Assembly: GCA_019416425.1 (NCBI GenBank)
Contig: DXXK01000067.1
Span: 488-64,487 of the forward strand
Reading direction: 5' to 3'
Origin: Bacteroidales bacterium
Lineage (GTDB): Bacteria; Bacteroidota; Bacteroidia; Bacteroidales; Muribaculaceae
DNA: 64,000 bases
In this document: positions 47,040 to 57,437 of the stretch, piece by piece
How positions within the stretch are numbered: the stretch's first letter is position 1
Layout: every line of letters begins with the position of its first letter
Notes under the pieces: generated by a model
Database searches by the model: none
Told to the model about the DNA's origin: nothing
The model's input: only the letters and a program-made list of their open reading frames with translations
Program-made: the position numbers and the translations under genes

Positions 47040-49580
47040 ATGCAGACTGACAAACCCACTTATAACTATCAGGAGGCATACGATGCCTCCCTAAAGTATT
47101 TCAACGGTGACGAACTCGCTGCCCGCGTATGGGTCAGCAAATATGCCCTGAAGGATTCCGACGGCAACATCTACGAGCAGACACCCACCGACATGCATCG
47201 CCGCATCGCCGGCGAGATAGCCCGCATCGAGGCCAAGTATCCCACCCCCATGTCGGAGGAGGAGGTATTCGGACTTCTGGACCATTTCAAATATGTCGTT
47301 CCCCAGGGATCGCCTATGGCAGGCATAGGCAACAACCTTCAGGTAGGCTCACTGTCCAATTGCTTCGTAATCGGACTTGACGGCCATCCCGACTCATACG
47401 GCGGCATAATCCGCATCGACGAGGAACAGGTACAGCTGATGAAACGCCGTGGCGGCGTGGGCCACGACCTGTCGCATATCCGTCCCAAGGGTTCGCCGGT
47501 CAAGAACTCGGCGCTGACCTCCACGGGTCTGGTACCGTTCATGGAACGCTACTCCAACTCCACCCGCGAGGTGGCCCAGGACGGCCGACGCGGCGCACTG
47601 ATGATGAGCGTCTCCATCAAGCATCCCGACGCCGAGGACTTCATCGACGCCAAGATGGAGCAGGGCAAGGTGACCGGCGCCAACGTCTCGGTCAAGATTG
47701 ATGATGCATTCATGGAAGCCGCCACACAGGGACAGACATACACCCAGCAGTTCCCCGTCAAGTCCGACAACCCGGTGGTGACGAATGAGATCGACGCTGC
47801 CAAGCTATGGAACAAGATCACCCATAACGCCTGGAAATCGGCCGAGCCGGGAGTCCTGTTCTGGGACACGATTCTGCGCGAATCGGTTCCCGACTGCTAT
47901 GCCGACCTGGGATTCGAGACCGTCTCCACCAATCCCTGCGGCGAGATTCCATTGTGTCCCTACGACAGCTGCCGTCTGGTGGCCATCAACCTGTTCAGCT
48001 ACGTCCGTAATCCCTTTACGCCCCAGGCCGAGTTCGATTTCGACCTGTTCCGCACGCATGTAGCCAAGACCCAGCGCATACTGGACGACATAATCGACCT
48101 GGAGATGGAGAAGATCGACACCATCATCGCCAAGATCGAGGCCGATCCCGAGACCGCCGAGGTAAAGGGAACCGAGCTGAACCTGTGGAAGAAGATCCGC
48201 ACCAAGACCCTGAAGGGACGCCGCACCGGTGCCGGAACCACCGGCGAGGGCGACATGCTGGCGGCATTGGGACTGCGCTACGGCTCGGACGAGGCCACGG
48301 CATTCTCCGTAAGCGTACACCGCGAGCTGGCTCTGGCCTACTACAGGGCATCGGTCGACATGGCCGAGGAACGAGGAGCGTTCGAGATCTACGACCCCAA
48401 GCGCGAGGAAAACAATCCCTACATACAGCGTCTGCGCGAGGCCGATCCGGCCCTGTATGAGCGCATGCAGAAGGTGGGACGCCGCAACATAGCCTGCCTG
48501 ACCATCGCTCCCACGGGAACCACATCGATCATGACCCGCACCACATCGGGCATCGAGCCGGTGTTCATGCCAGTCTACAAACGTCGCCGCAAGATCAACC
48601 CGAGCGATGTCGATATCCGTGTCGATTTCGTGGACGAGACCGGCGAAGCCTACGAGGAATTCATCGTATACCACCACAACTTCCTGGAGTGGATGCGCGT
48701 CAACGGCATCGAGAAGAAGGACCACATGACCGCCGAGGAGATCGATGAGCTGGTGGCCCGCTCTCCCTATTACAAGGCCACGGCCAACGACATCGACTGG
48801 CTGGCTAAGGTACGCATGCAGGGCGCGATCCAGAAGTGGGTGGACCACAGCATCAGCGTGACCATCAACCTGCCCGCCGATGTCAGCGAGGAACTGGTGA
48901 ACCGTCTGTACGTCGAGGCATGGAAGGTGGGCTGCAAGGGCTGCACTGTCTACCGCGACGGATCTCGAAACAACGTGCTGGAATCCGTCAAGCCGGAGAA
49001 GCCCCACATGCACCTCATCGCCTCGCCCGAGGCAATAATGAAGCGTCCGGCTGAACTGGAAGCCGATGTGGTACGTTTCCAGAATAACAAGGAGAAGTGG
49101 ATCGCTTTCGTCGGACTGGTGGACGGCAAGCCTTACGAGATCTTCACCGGACTGGCCGACGACGAGGACGGAATCTTCTGTCCCAAGAGCGTGAGCCACG
49201 GCAAGATCATCAAGACGGTTGACGCCAACGGCAACAAGCGCTACGACTTCCAGTTCATCAACAAGCGCGGCTACAAGACCACCATCGAGGGTCTGAGCGA
49301 AAAGTTCAACCCCGAGTTCTGGAACTACGCCAAGCTGATATCCGGCGTACTGCGTTACGGCATGCCCATCGAGCAGGTCCTGAAACTGGTGGGCGGTCTG
49401 GAGCTGGATTCCACCAGCATCAACACCTGGAAGATGGGCGTGGAACGCGCGCTGAAGAAATATATGCCTGTAGGAACAGTGGCCAAGGGGCAGAAATGTC
49501 CTAAATGCGGTGCTGAAACGTTAGTATATCAGGAGGGCTGTCTGATCTGCACCACCTGCGGCACTTCCAAGTGCGGATAA
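47040..49580 (+). CDS. nrdJ: Class II (AdoCbl-dependent) ribonucleotide reductase
   Basis: SLSNCFV, RRGALM, TNPCGE, TIAPTGT, KGCTVYRDGSR; C-terminal Cys motifs; no nrdB nearby. Confidence 0.93.
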   Translation: MQTDKPTYNYQEAYDASLKYFNGDELAARVWVSKYALKDSDGNIYEQTPTDMHRRIAGEIARIEAKYPTPMSEEEVFGLLDHFKYVVPQGSPMAGIGNNLQVGSLSNCFVIGLDGHPDSYGGIIRIDEEQVQLMKRRGGVGHDLSHIRPKGSPVKNSALTSTGLVPFMERYSNSTREVAQDGRRGALMMSVSIKHPDAEDFIDAKMEQGKVTGANVSVKIDDAFMEAATQGQTYTQQFPVKSDNPVVTNEIDAAKLWNKITHNAWKSAEPGVLFWDTILRESVPDCYADLGFETVSTNPCGEIPLCPYDSCRLVAINLFSYVRNPFTPQAEFDFDLFRTHVAKTQRILDDIIDLEMEKIDTIIAKIEADPETAEVKGTELNLWKKIRTKTLKGRRTGAGTTGEGDMLAALGLRYGSDEATAFSVSVHRELALAYYRASVDMAEERGAFEIYDPKREENNPYIQRLREADPALYERMQKVGRRNIACLTIAPTGTTSIMTRTTSGIEPVFMPVYKRRRKINPSDVDIRVDFVDETGEAYEEFIVYHHNFLEWMRVNGIEKKDHMTAEEIDELVARSPYYKATANDIDWLAKVRMQGAIQKWVDHSISVTINLPADVSEELVNRLYVEAWKVGCKGCTVYRDGSRNNVLESVKPEKPHMHLIASPEAIMKRPAELEADVVRFQNNKEKWIAFVGLVDGKPYEIFTGLADDEDGIFCPKSVSHGKIIKTVDANGNKRYDFQFINKRGYKTTIEGLSEKFNPEFWNYAKLISGVLRYGMPIEQVLKLVGGLELDSTSINTWKMGVERALKKYMPVGTVAKGQKCPKCGAETLVYQEGCLICTTCGTSKCG

Positions 49581-49627
49581 GGCCGCGACACACCCAATAA
49601 TGAGTAACTTTAAATTTCAATAACCTT

Positions 49628-52303
49628 ATGAAAATCGTATTCAATATCAACTACCATACGGTATGGGGCGAAGGTCTGTACCTGTGCGGCGATATTCCGG
49701 AGCTTGGCAACGGCGACGCCACCAAGGCACTGGAGATGAAGCTGACCAGTCCCGATACATGGCAGCTGACTCTGGACCTGAAGTTCGATCCGGAGGATTT
49801 CAACTACTGGTTCGTAGTGAAGGCCCCGGACCGCGCCTGGCGTTTCGAGTGGGGTGTGCCTCACCGCTATATCGCCGGGTCGGGCATCCGTTCATGCGTG
49901 ATCTTCGACTCGTGGCATGACATGCCGGTAGACAAGCCGTTCTACTCATCGGCATTCATCGACGGCATACTGCGCCGCTCGCACCGTGACCAGCCGCTGA
50001 AATCATTGCCCGGAACAGTCAACATACGCGTGGAGGCTCCCATGATCATGCCCGACGAGACTCTGGCCATCTGCGGCGAAGGCGACCTGCTGGGCAACTG
50101 GAATCCATCCAAAGCAATCCGCCTGAACGACGCCCATTTCCCCGTCTGGGAGACAAACATCCCGTTCGACCGCCTGGAACCGCCGTTCGAGTACAAGTTC
50201 ATCATCCTGAACAAGGATGGCGAATGCGTGGGCTGGGAAGCCATGAGCAACCGAATATTCGGCATCGTGCCCGAAAGTTTCGACCAGCAGATTGTAATCG
50301 ACGGCACCCGCTTCGCCAATCCCAAGGAGCAATGGAAAGGTGCAGGAACGGCAATACCTGTCTTCTCCATCCGCAGCGAGGAGGATTTCGGCGTCGGCGA
50401 CTTCATCGACATCAAGAAAATGGTGGACTGGTGTCACGCCACAGGCCAGAACGTGCTGCAGATCCTGCCCATCAACGACACCACCATGCTGAACACGTGG
50501 GTGGATTCCTACCCTTACCGCGCCAACTCCATCTTCGCGCTGCATCCCATGTACCTGCGCCTGGAGGAAGTGGGCCGTCTGGAGAGCGCCGACCGCATGG
50601 AGTACTTCGGGCAGCAGCGCAAGGAGCTGAACGCTCTGGACAAGATTGACTACGAGCTTGTAAACAAGACCAAGCACGAATACCTGCACGAAGTGTTCCT
50701 CCAGGACTTCGCCCGCACGGCAGCATCGCCGGCCTACCGCGAGTTCGTTGAGCACAACGAGTACTGGCTGAAACCGTACTCGGCATGGTGCGTGCTGCGT
50801 GACCTGAACCATACCCCCGACAACAACAAGTGGGGAGACTACGCAGTGTACGACCCGGCTCGCATGGAGGATTTCATCAACCAGCACCGCTCGGAAACCG
50901 ATTACTACTGCTTCCTGCAGTTCCATCTGGACCGCCAGCTGCGCATAGCACGCGACTACGCACACTCGCATGGAGTCATCATCAAGGGCGACATCCCGAT
51001 CGGCATCAGCCGGTTCAGCGTGGATGCCTGGTGCGAGCCGGAACTGTTCAACATGGACACCTCAGCGGGCGCTCCACCGGATGACTTCTCAGTTCTGGGC
51101 CAGAACTGGGGCTTTCCGACCTACAACTGGGACAAGATGGCATCCAACGGCTTCCAGTGGTGGAAGGACCGCTTCCGCAAGATGGCCGAGTACTTCGACG
51201 CATACCGCATAGACCATATCTTAGGGTTCTTCCGCATCTGGCAGATTCCGTTGGATGCAGTCCACGGTCTGTTGGGATACTTCAACCAGGCCCTGCCGTT
51301 CAGTCCGGAGGAACTGCGCCACAGCTATGACTTCTGGATCGACACGGATCTCCAGACCAACCCGTTGATGCTGGAATGGATGATGGACGACTTCTTCGGC
51401 CCGTACAAGGACGAGGTACGCGAGACATTCCTGGACCGTGTCGGAGGCGACCGCTACTGTCTGAAACCGTTCGTCAACACTCAGAAGAAGGTAGAGGAAT
51501 ATTTCGCCAGCCAGCCCGCGGACGAGAAGCACGACCGCATCAAGAACGCTTTGCTCGGCATGCTGGACGATGTCCTCTTCATTGAGGATCCCTATCAGAA
51601 GGGCCATTACCATCCGCGCATCGCGGCACAGTACACCTATCAGTTCCGTATTCTGTCTGACTATGCCAAGTGGAGTTTCAACCGTCTGTACAACGACTTC
51701 TTCTACCATCGGCACAACGACTTCTGGTACGGCAAGGCGATGTGGAAGCTGCCGCCGCTGCTGGATGCCACATCGATGCTGGCCTGCGGCGAGGACTTGG
51801 GCATGATTCCAGACTGCGTGCCTGCCGTGATGCATCAGCTGGAGATCCTTTCGCTGGAGATCCAGCGGATGCCCAAGGATCCGCACGCCCAGTTCGGCGA
51901 CACCTGGCACTATCCCTACTACTCCGTATGCACCACGTCGACCCACGACATGGGCGGTATCCGCGAATGGTGGGAGAGCGACCATGATCTGGCGCAGAAG
52001 TATTACAACAACATTCTGCATGAGGGTGGCGAGGCTCCTTACTACGCCGAGCCGTGGATATGCCAGAAGATCGTGGACCTGCAGCTGGCAAGTCCGTCGA
52101 TGCTGTGCATCCTGCCGCTGCAGGACTGGCTGTCGATGAGTGGAGAGCTGCGTCGCGAGAATCCCAAGGACGAGATCATCAACGTACCGGCCAATCCGAT
52201 GCATTACTGGCGCTACCGCATGCACCTGACCATCGAGAACCTGCTGTCGCAGCACGGCTTCAACGACTCGATGCTGGCCCAGATCCAGGAATCCAACCGA
52301 TAA
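49628..52303 (+). CDS. malQ: 4-alpha-glucanotransferase GH77 with two CBM20 modules
   Basis: KGDIPIG, GAPPDDFS, GQNWGFPTYNW, RIDHILGFFRIW, CGEDLG, TSTHD. Confidence 0.95.
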   Translation: MKIVFNINYHTVWGEGLYLCGDIPELGNGDATKALEMKLTSPDTWQLTLDLKFDPEDFNYWFVVKAPDRAWRFEWGVPHRYIAGSGIRSCVIFDSWHDMPVDKPFYSSAFIDGILRRSHRDQPLKSLPGTVNIRVEAPMIMPDETLAICGEGDLLGNWNPSKAIRLNDAHFPVWETNIPFDRLEPPFEYKFIILNKDGECVGWEAMSNRIFGIVPESFDQQIVIDGTRFANPKEQWKGAGTAIPVFSIRSEEDFGVGDFIDIKKMVDWCHATGQNVLQILPINDTTMLNTWVDSYPYRANSIFALHPMYLRLEEVGRLESADRMEYFGQQRKELNALDKIDYELVNKTKHEYLHEVFLQDFARTAASPAYREFVEHNEYWLKPYSAWCVLRDLNHTPDNNKWGDYAVYDPARMEDFINQHRSETDYYCFLQFHLDRQLRIARDYAHSHGVIIKGDIPIGISRFSVDAWCEPELFNMDTSAGAPPDDFSVLGQNWGFPTYNWDKMASNGFQWWKDRFRKMAEYFDAYRIDHILGFFRIWQIPLDAVHGLLGYFNQALPFSPEELRHSYDFWIDTDLQTNPLMLEWMMDDFFGPYKDEVRETFLDRVGGDRYCLKPFVNTQKKVEEYFASQPADEKHDRIKNALLGMLDDVLFIEDPYQKGHYHPRIAAQYTYQFRILSDYAKWSFNRLYNDFFYHRHNDFWYGKAMWKLPPLLDATSMLACGEDLGMIPDCVPAVMHQLEILSLEIQRMPKDPHAQFGDTWHYPYYSVCTTSTHDMGGIREWWESDHDLAQKYYNNILHEGGEAPYYAEPWICQKIVDLQLASPSMLCILPLQDWLSMSGELRRENPKDEIINVPANPMHYWRYRMHLTIENLLSQHGFNDSMLAQIQESNR

Positions 52304-52341
52304 CTAAATCCCACGAAAGGACGCACAGCCTTTCTACATAT

Positions 52342-52382
52342 AAAATCCCCGCTGCCTACCTTGAGGTAGACATCGGGGATTT
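52342..52382. terminator. Bidirectional terminator
   Basis: AAATCCCCG...CGGGGATTT between convergent genes. Confidence 0.7.
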
Positions 52383-52406
52383 CCTCTGTCCCACGGACAG
52401 ATCGAG

Positions 52407-52763
52407 TCAGTTGCGGATGTAGTGGGGAAGCTCGAATGGAATGACCATGGAGATCTCCACCATTCCTGCGATGGAACCGGTGGCGTCTCGCCAGGGAGTC
52501 TGGTAGATCATCTTCTTTACCCCGTTTTTCTGGATGGTGTAGGAGTTGCTGTCGCCGGTGGCCAGCATGTGGCGGATCTTGGCCTGGGCATGCTCGGGAT
52601 GACAGCCGAACAGATTAGCGCCGACCAGCGACTTGCCGTCCTTGCAGAACGTCTGCCGGGATTTTGCGTTCATATATATGATTATTCCTTCCTTGTCGCA
52701 TACTGTAACCGCGCAATTCATATCTTCGGCCCAGGGGAAACCGCATTTCATATCATTTTCCAT
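52407..52763 (-). CDS. Stand-alone PAS domain protein
   Basis: AVTVCDKEGIIIYMN...LVGANLFGCHP. Confidence 0.85.
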   Translation of the reverse strand: MENDMKCGFPWAEDMNCAVTVCDKEGIIIYMNAKSRQTFCKDGKSLVGANLFGCHPEHAQAKIRHMLATGDSNSYTIQKNGVKKMIYQTPWRDATGSIAGMVEISMVIPFELPHYIRN

Positions 52764-52790
52764 TTCTACAAATGTTCGATTCTGAATTAT

Positions 52791-55373
52791 TCACTCGCCA
52801 TCTATGATTTTCAATGTCCGCAGCAATCGTTCGCCAAGGCCGATGGTGTATCCCTGCGATACGAAGACTATACGGTTGAAGGTGTCGGCTATAACGAATA
52901 CCGGCAATTCCGATGTAGGCAGATTCAACGAAGACCGGATCTCTTCAAGAATCCTTCCGTCCGGGTCTGTGCCGAACACAACATTGTCGGGAAGATCCGG
53001 ATACAACTTGCGGTCAAAACCCTTGGCATCATCGCCTTCGAAAAGTATCAGCATCTTCTCGGCACCATTCAATGCCTTGGAACGATCGCTGAACTCCTGA
53101 CCCAATACTGAAATGTCGTTCAAGGTATGTACCGACGGCTCATGGCCGTTACGGATTATGCCTAATACATAGTAGCCACGTCCGGTTGTGGAGAGTATGC
53201 TCTTGTCGGTATCTGCAGCCAGGTCATGATAGATATCCTCGGCATTAAGGTTGCCGATAACGGACACAGCGGTATCATCCTCGCGAACCACCAACGGCAC
53301 TTCGGTCGTCTCGCCTTCCCTGACATCGAAGAATCGGACATCTGCCAACACTCCCCCATCGGCAAGACGCTGACCTGTGATCAGCATATACTGTCCGGCA
53401 TCTACTTCGGCTGGGGTTTCGAACAGTTTCGATACAGTACCGTCCTCGGGGTATTCCATCAGTTGAGGAACGCCATCCACGATACGCGAGATTGTGAAAT
53501 GTGTATAGTAATTCGGATCCTTAAGGTACGGCTGTGGCTGGAAGGTCATCTTTACCTTCCCTTTAGCCACATGCGATGTCGCCGTCTCTTTCCTCAACAC
53601 ATCATGCCAATGGAGATTGCGGTCGGCATACTGTGCCTCGCCACGCACCAGATCCATACGTGCCGGAATACCCAGGCTTCGGGCCGCAGCGACAAAGAAT
53701 ATCTTCTTGGACAAAGCCGAAGCCCGGCCCATGTTGGCCACCGAGACAGGATCCATGCGGAAATTCAATGGATTCCGACGAGAATCCTCCTGAATGGCCT
53801 TATCCACCCATACTGCAAGTTTAGATGGATTGGCACGGAATTCCTTATGTTTCTTCTTCGGCATGAATGTCGTCAGCTCATCCTTGTAGCTTGTGAGACG
53901 TTCATACTCCACACGCGGATTCAGGATAAACTCGTATTGAAAATCCAACGGATAGCCATCGCCAGGCCGGAAGGCAGCCACATGCGACTTCAGCACCTCA
54001 ACGGGGATGTCCCGACGGTCCTTCTCGCTTACCTTCTCCAGCATAGCCAATGCGATTTCCTTCTGATCCGGAGTCATCGCCTGCAATGCGTCAATCAACG
54101 ACTTATGGTTACCACGGGATTCCAGCAATACTTTTGTAAGCCGTTCCTTGTCAAGGCCTAACACCCGGGCCGCACGCGCAGACGATTCGTCAGTGGCGAA
54201 AGTCGACATATAGGCGTTACGGATGGAGTCCTCATATGCGAGTCTCTTCATGTTGGCCTGTTTCTGTTCCGGCGAGGCGTATGTCTCGATTGGACGGGAC
54301 GGCGGAGGGGTTATATCGAACCGCATCTCACCCGCATATGTCGCATCCTTATCAAGGATTATCTCCAACGGCTCTGTCATGTCGCCTTTCAATTGCCCCA
54401 GGTTGAAATTCCTGCCGTCACTGGCCCAGACAATCACATCACCCATACCGGTCGTCAATGAAGCATGCCCCTCGGCATCAGTACGACGTCTGGCTACGGG
54501 ATAAAACTCGGCATAGTTGTATATCCCGAAACTCACGATGGCATCCTTGACGGGTCGGCCGGCCTTGTCCTTGACCACGACCTTGCCCTCCTTGACAGGT
54601 GCATAATTGGATGTGACGTTGATGGTGGTTATGATGTCGTTACGCTGCAACTGCTCCTCGGGTCCATCATACATGCCGAAGACATTGGTGCTCATCAGCA
54701 TTCCGCGAGATGCAGGAGCGTTGAACCAAGCCAGGTTCAGCACCGGTTCAGGCTCACATGCTCCGAGAAAGTACCATTTCCCGTCCGCCCAGGCCTCCAC
54801 CCAGGCATGATTGTCATCGGTATGCGCCCAGCGTGGGGTGTAGACCTGACGCGCGGGGATACCCACGGACCGCAAAGCAGCCACGGTGAATGTAGATTCC
54901 TCGCCGCAACGGCCTATGGCCTGACTGACCGACGACAATGGCGAGGACGTACGCGCGTCCGACGGCTTGTACGTCACCTTCTCATGGCACCAATGGTTCA
55001 CTTCCAGTATCGCGTCGGACATGCTTAAGCCCTTGACGCGGTCCTTCAGCTCGGCGTAGAACTGCGGGCGGCTCATGTCGAGCGACTCATTGTTGACACG
55101 CAACGGCAACACAAAGTGCATAAACTCCCGGTCAGGTACCTTGGCGCCCCAGGGCATCTCATGACGCGCCTGCAGCGACGACCTGACATTCTCAAGATAG
55201 AATTCCGGCGTATAACCCGCCTTGTCGGGGTCCGACATATAATCGTAAAGGAACTCCATGGCAGCGCGCTCCTCACTGGTCATCCTCCCGTCTGCAATCT
55301 CTTGCGGTATGGCAGACAATACCTCTGCCATAAAAGCAGAAATCAATGTCAGCAGAACTATAATTCGTCTCAT
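52791..55373 (-). CDS. Secreted transglutaminase-superfamily protein (Png1/NGLY1-like core motif)
   Basis: Signal peptide; GRCGEE...RSVGIPAR...NHAWVE...WYFLGACE; start overlaps the cutC stop (ATGA). Confidence 0.85.
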   Translation of the reverse strand: MRRIIVLLTLISAFMAEVLSAIPQEIADGRMTSEERAAMEFLYDYMSDPDKAGYTPEFYLENVRSSLQARHEMPWGAKVPDREFMHFVLPLRVNNESLDMSRPQFYAELKDRVKGLSMSDAILEVNHWCHEKVTYKPSDARTSSPLSSVSQAIGRCGEESTFTVAALRSVGIPARQVYTPRWAHTDDNHAWVEAWADGKWYFLGACEPEPVLNLAWFNAPASRGMLMSTNVFGMYDGPEEQLQRNDIITTINVTSNYAPVKEGKVVVKDKAGRPVKDAIVSFGIYNYAEFYPVARRRTDAEGHASLTTGMGDVIVWASDGRNFNLGQLKGDMTEPLEIILDKDATYAGEMRFDITPPPSRPIETYASPEQKQANMKRLAYEDSIRNAYMSTFATDESSARAARVLGLDKERLTKVLLESRGNHKSLIDALQAMTPDQKEIALAMLEKVSEKDRRDIPVEVLKSHVAAFRPGDGYPLDFQYEFILNPRVEYERLTSYKDELTTFMPKKKHKEFRANPSKLAVWVDKAIQEDSRRNPLNFRMDPVSVANMGRASALSKKIFFVAAARSLGIPARMDLVRGEAQYADRNLHWHDVLRKETATSHVAKGKVKMTFQPQPYLKDPNYYTHFTISRIVDGVPQLMEYPEDGTVSKLFETPAEVDAGQYMLITGQRLADGGVLADVRFFDVREGETTEVPLVVREDDTAVSVIGNLNAEDIYHDLAADTDKSILSTTGRGYYVLGIIRNGHEPSVHTLNDISVLGQEFSDRSKALNGAEKMLILFEGDDAKGFDRKLYPDLPDNVVFGTDPDGRILEEIRSSLNLPTSELPVFVIADTFNRIVFVSQGYTIGLGERLLRTLKIIDGE

Positions 55374-56107
55374 ATACTGTCTATTATTTCGCGTAATCTG
55401 CGCACACATTCCTCATCTGTCGTCTTGCGCCTGTATTCATCCTCCTCATTACCCATGTTCACATCCTGTCGCCGGTATCTCATACCGCTCTCCACCATCC
55501 CGGAGCAGGTGGAATGTATGGACGAGATACCGCTGATACGTATTATCTCCGCCACGTTACCGGGAGTGACTCCACACCCTGCCATTATGTTGATTCTGCC
55601 CCGTGCCTGTTCCACCAGCCGTGCCAGATTCCCGACACCTTCCAGGGCATTTGGACGCAGTCCCGATGTCAAGACATTGTCAAAGCCAAGCTCAATCAAT
55701 GTCTCCAGCGCTTCCTGGGAATCGCGGCACAGATCAAACGCACGGTGAAATGTCAACTGCATGCCGTCGGCCTCCTCGATCAGAGCCTGCACTGTCTCGA
55801 CATCGATGTCGCCATCAGGCGTCAGAGCACCGACCACGACACCATTAACGCCAAGGGTATTCGCCATCACTATATCCCCGGTCATTGTCCTTACGTCAGC
55901 AGGCGAGTAATTAAAATCTCCCCTGCGGGGACGTATCAGCACATTCACGGGAATCCCGGCTGTCATGGCCATCTGCACCTGACCGTAGGAAGGTGTCAGT
56001 CCTCCCTCGCCCAGCGCACAGCATAATTCCACGCGGTCGGCGCCACCATCCTTTGCGGCCATCACGCTCTCGGTGTCGCCGCAGCATACCTCAAGAATCC
56101 TCCTCAT
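55370..56107 (-). CDS. cutC: CutC family protein
   Basis: LEVCC, GADRVELC, GGLTPS, IRPRRGDF, TFHRAFD, LTSG. Confidence 0.93.
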   Translation of the reverse strand: MRRILEVCCGDTESVMAAKDGGADRVELCCALGEGGLTPSYGQVQMAMTAGIPVNVLIRPRRGDFNYSPADVRTMTGDIVMANTLGVNGVVVGALTPDGDIDVETVQALIEEADGMQLTFHRAFDLCRDSQEALETLIELGFDNVLTSGLRPNALEGVGNLARLVEQARGRINIMAGCGVTPGNVAEIIRISGISSIHSTCSGMVESGMRYRRQDVNMGNEEDEYRRKTTDEECVRRLREIIDSI

Positions 56108-57426
56108 TTCAGTTCCAGTTCAATAACATGGTCGATTTCTTCAGGCACTTTGTCAAGATGGATGGTTATCCCGTCCTTCGACTTGCTGTACTTGACATCT
56201 TTACGGTCCGCGAATGTCACAGCTTTCCTGACCTTGAGTTGTGCAGGCAGGAATATCTCGGTCGACTCCGGAGTGGTTACATGAACGTAGAGTTTGTTGC
56301 CCTTGGCGGTAGCTGACCCCCAGCTCTGCGCGGGGAACGGTCCGGCCTCGGTGCCGTAGATTGTCTCGCCGTATACACGCATCCACTTGCCCATGTCGCG
56401 CAGACGGTCGCGAGCAGCGGCAGGCAGTTCGCCATTGGGTTGCGGACCGATGTTCAGCAACAGGTTGGCACCCATACCGGCGGCTTTTACCAGATAGCGT
56501 ATCAACGTTGGTGTATCCTTGTAATTTGTATCAACTACCTTGTATCCCCACATGCCGTTCATGGTATTGCAGGTCTCAAGCGGAAGACGGCTGATCTCCT
56601 GACCCGACAGACCGGCGGTGTTCTCCCCCGGAAGATCGCGTTCGAAAATCTGCATATCCTCGCCGGGATAAGGCGTCTGATGATGATTGTTGGCTACCAT
56701 GCAGGCGGCCTGCAGCCTATGGATCATGGCATACTGCTCCTTCAGTCCCCAGTCAAAAGGCGTGGCGTCCTCGTCATGGTCCCACCATCCGTCAAACCAT
56801 ATCGCCCGGATCGGACCGTAATTCGTCAGAAGCTCGGTCAGCTGGCTGTTCATGAACCGGTAGTAGCTGTTCCAGTCATTGACCGTTGAATCCCGTCCGG
56901 TGGTGTGGCCGGTGCGTCCTTGCGGATAGTCGGGACGCGTCCAGTCAAGGTGTGAATAATAGAGGTGCAGCTTGAGGTTCTTTTTATGACATTCATCGGC
57001 AAGCTCCTTCAGGACATCCCGTTTGAAAGGCGTGGCATCCACGATGTTGTAGTCGCTCTGGCCGGTATGGAACATCGAGAATCCGTCATGATGGCGGCTT
57101 GTGAATGTAACATAGCGAGCGCCGGAGTCCTTGATTGCATCCACCCATTCTGCGGCATCGAAATCGGCGGGATAGAAGCCTCGAGCAGCCTTGGCATATT
57201 CCGAGGCGAGCGGTCCGTAGTTCATGTACCACTCCCCTTGTCCGAACATACTGTAGATTCCCCAATGTATAAAGATTCCGAAGCGGTCGTTGCTGAAATC
57301 ACGGCGTGACTGCAACACTTCCGGCGTAGGCTCGTATACGTAATTACGGTCCGGTTCCATGGTGTCGGCCAACGCTGACACGGTCATCGCCAAGGCAACC
57401 GATATTGTCATTATAGTCTTTTTCAT
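56104..57426 (-). CDS. GH29 alpha-L-fucosidase
   Basis: FGIFIHWG, RHHDGF, LYYSHLDW, IWFDGWWD, LLLNIGP; signal peptide. Confidence 0.95.
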   Translation of the reverse strand: MKKTIMTISVALAMTVSALADTMEPDRNYVYEPTPEVLQSRRDFSNDRFGIFIHWGIYSMFGQGEWYMNYGPLASEYAKAARGFYPADFDAAEWVDAIKDSGARYVTFTSRHHDGFSMFHTGQSDYNIVDATPFKRDVLKELADECHKKNLKLHLYYSHLDWTRPDYPQGRTGHTTGRDSTVNDWNSYYRFMNSQLTELLTNYGPIRAIWFDGWWDHDEDATPFDWGLKEQYAMIHRLQAACMVANNHHQTPYPGEDMQIFERDLPGENTAGLSGQEISRLPLETCNTMNGMWGYKVVDTNYKDTPTLIRYLVKAAGMGANLLLNIGPQPNGELPAAARDRLRDMGKWMRVYGETIYGTEAGPFPAQSWGSATAKGNKLYVHVTTPESTEIFLPAQLKVRKAVTFADRKDVKYSKSKDGITIHLDKVPEEIDHVIELELK

Positions 57427-57437
57427 CTTAGCAGTGT

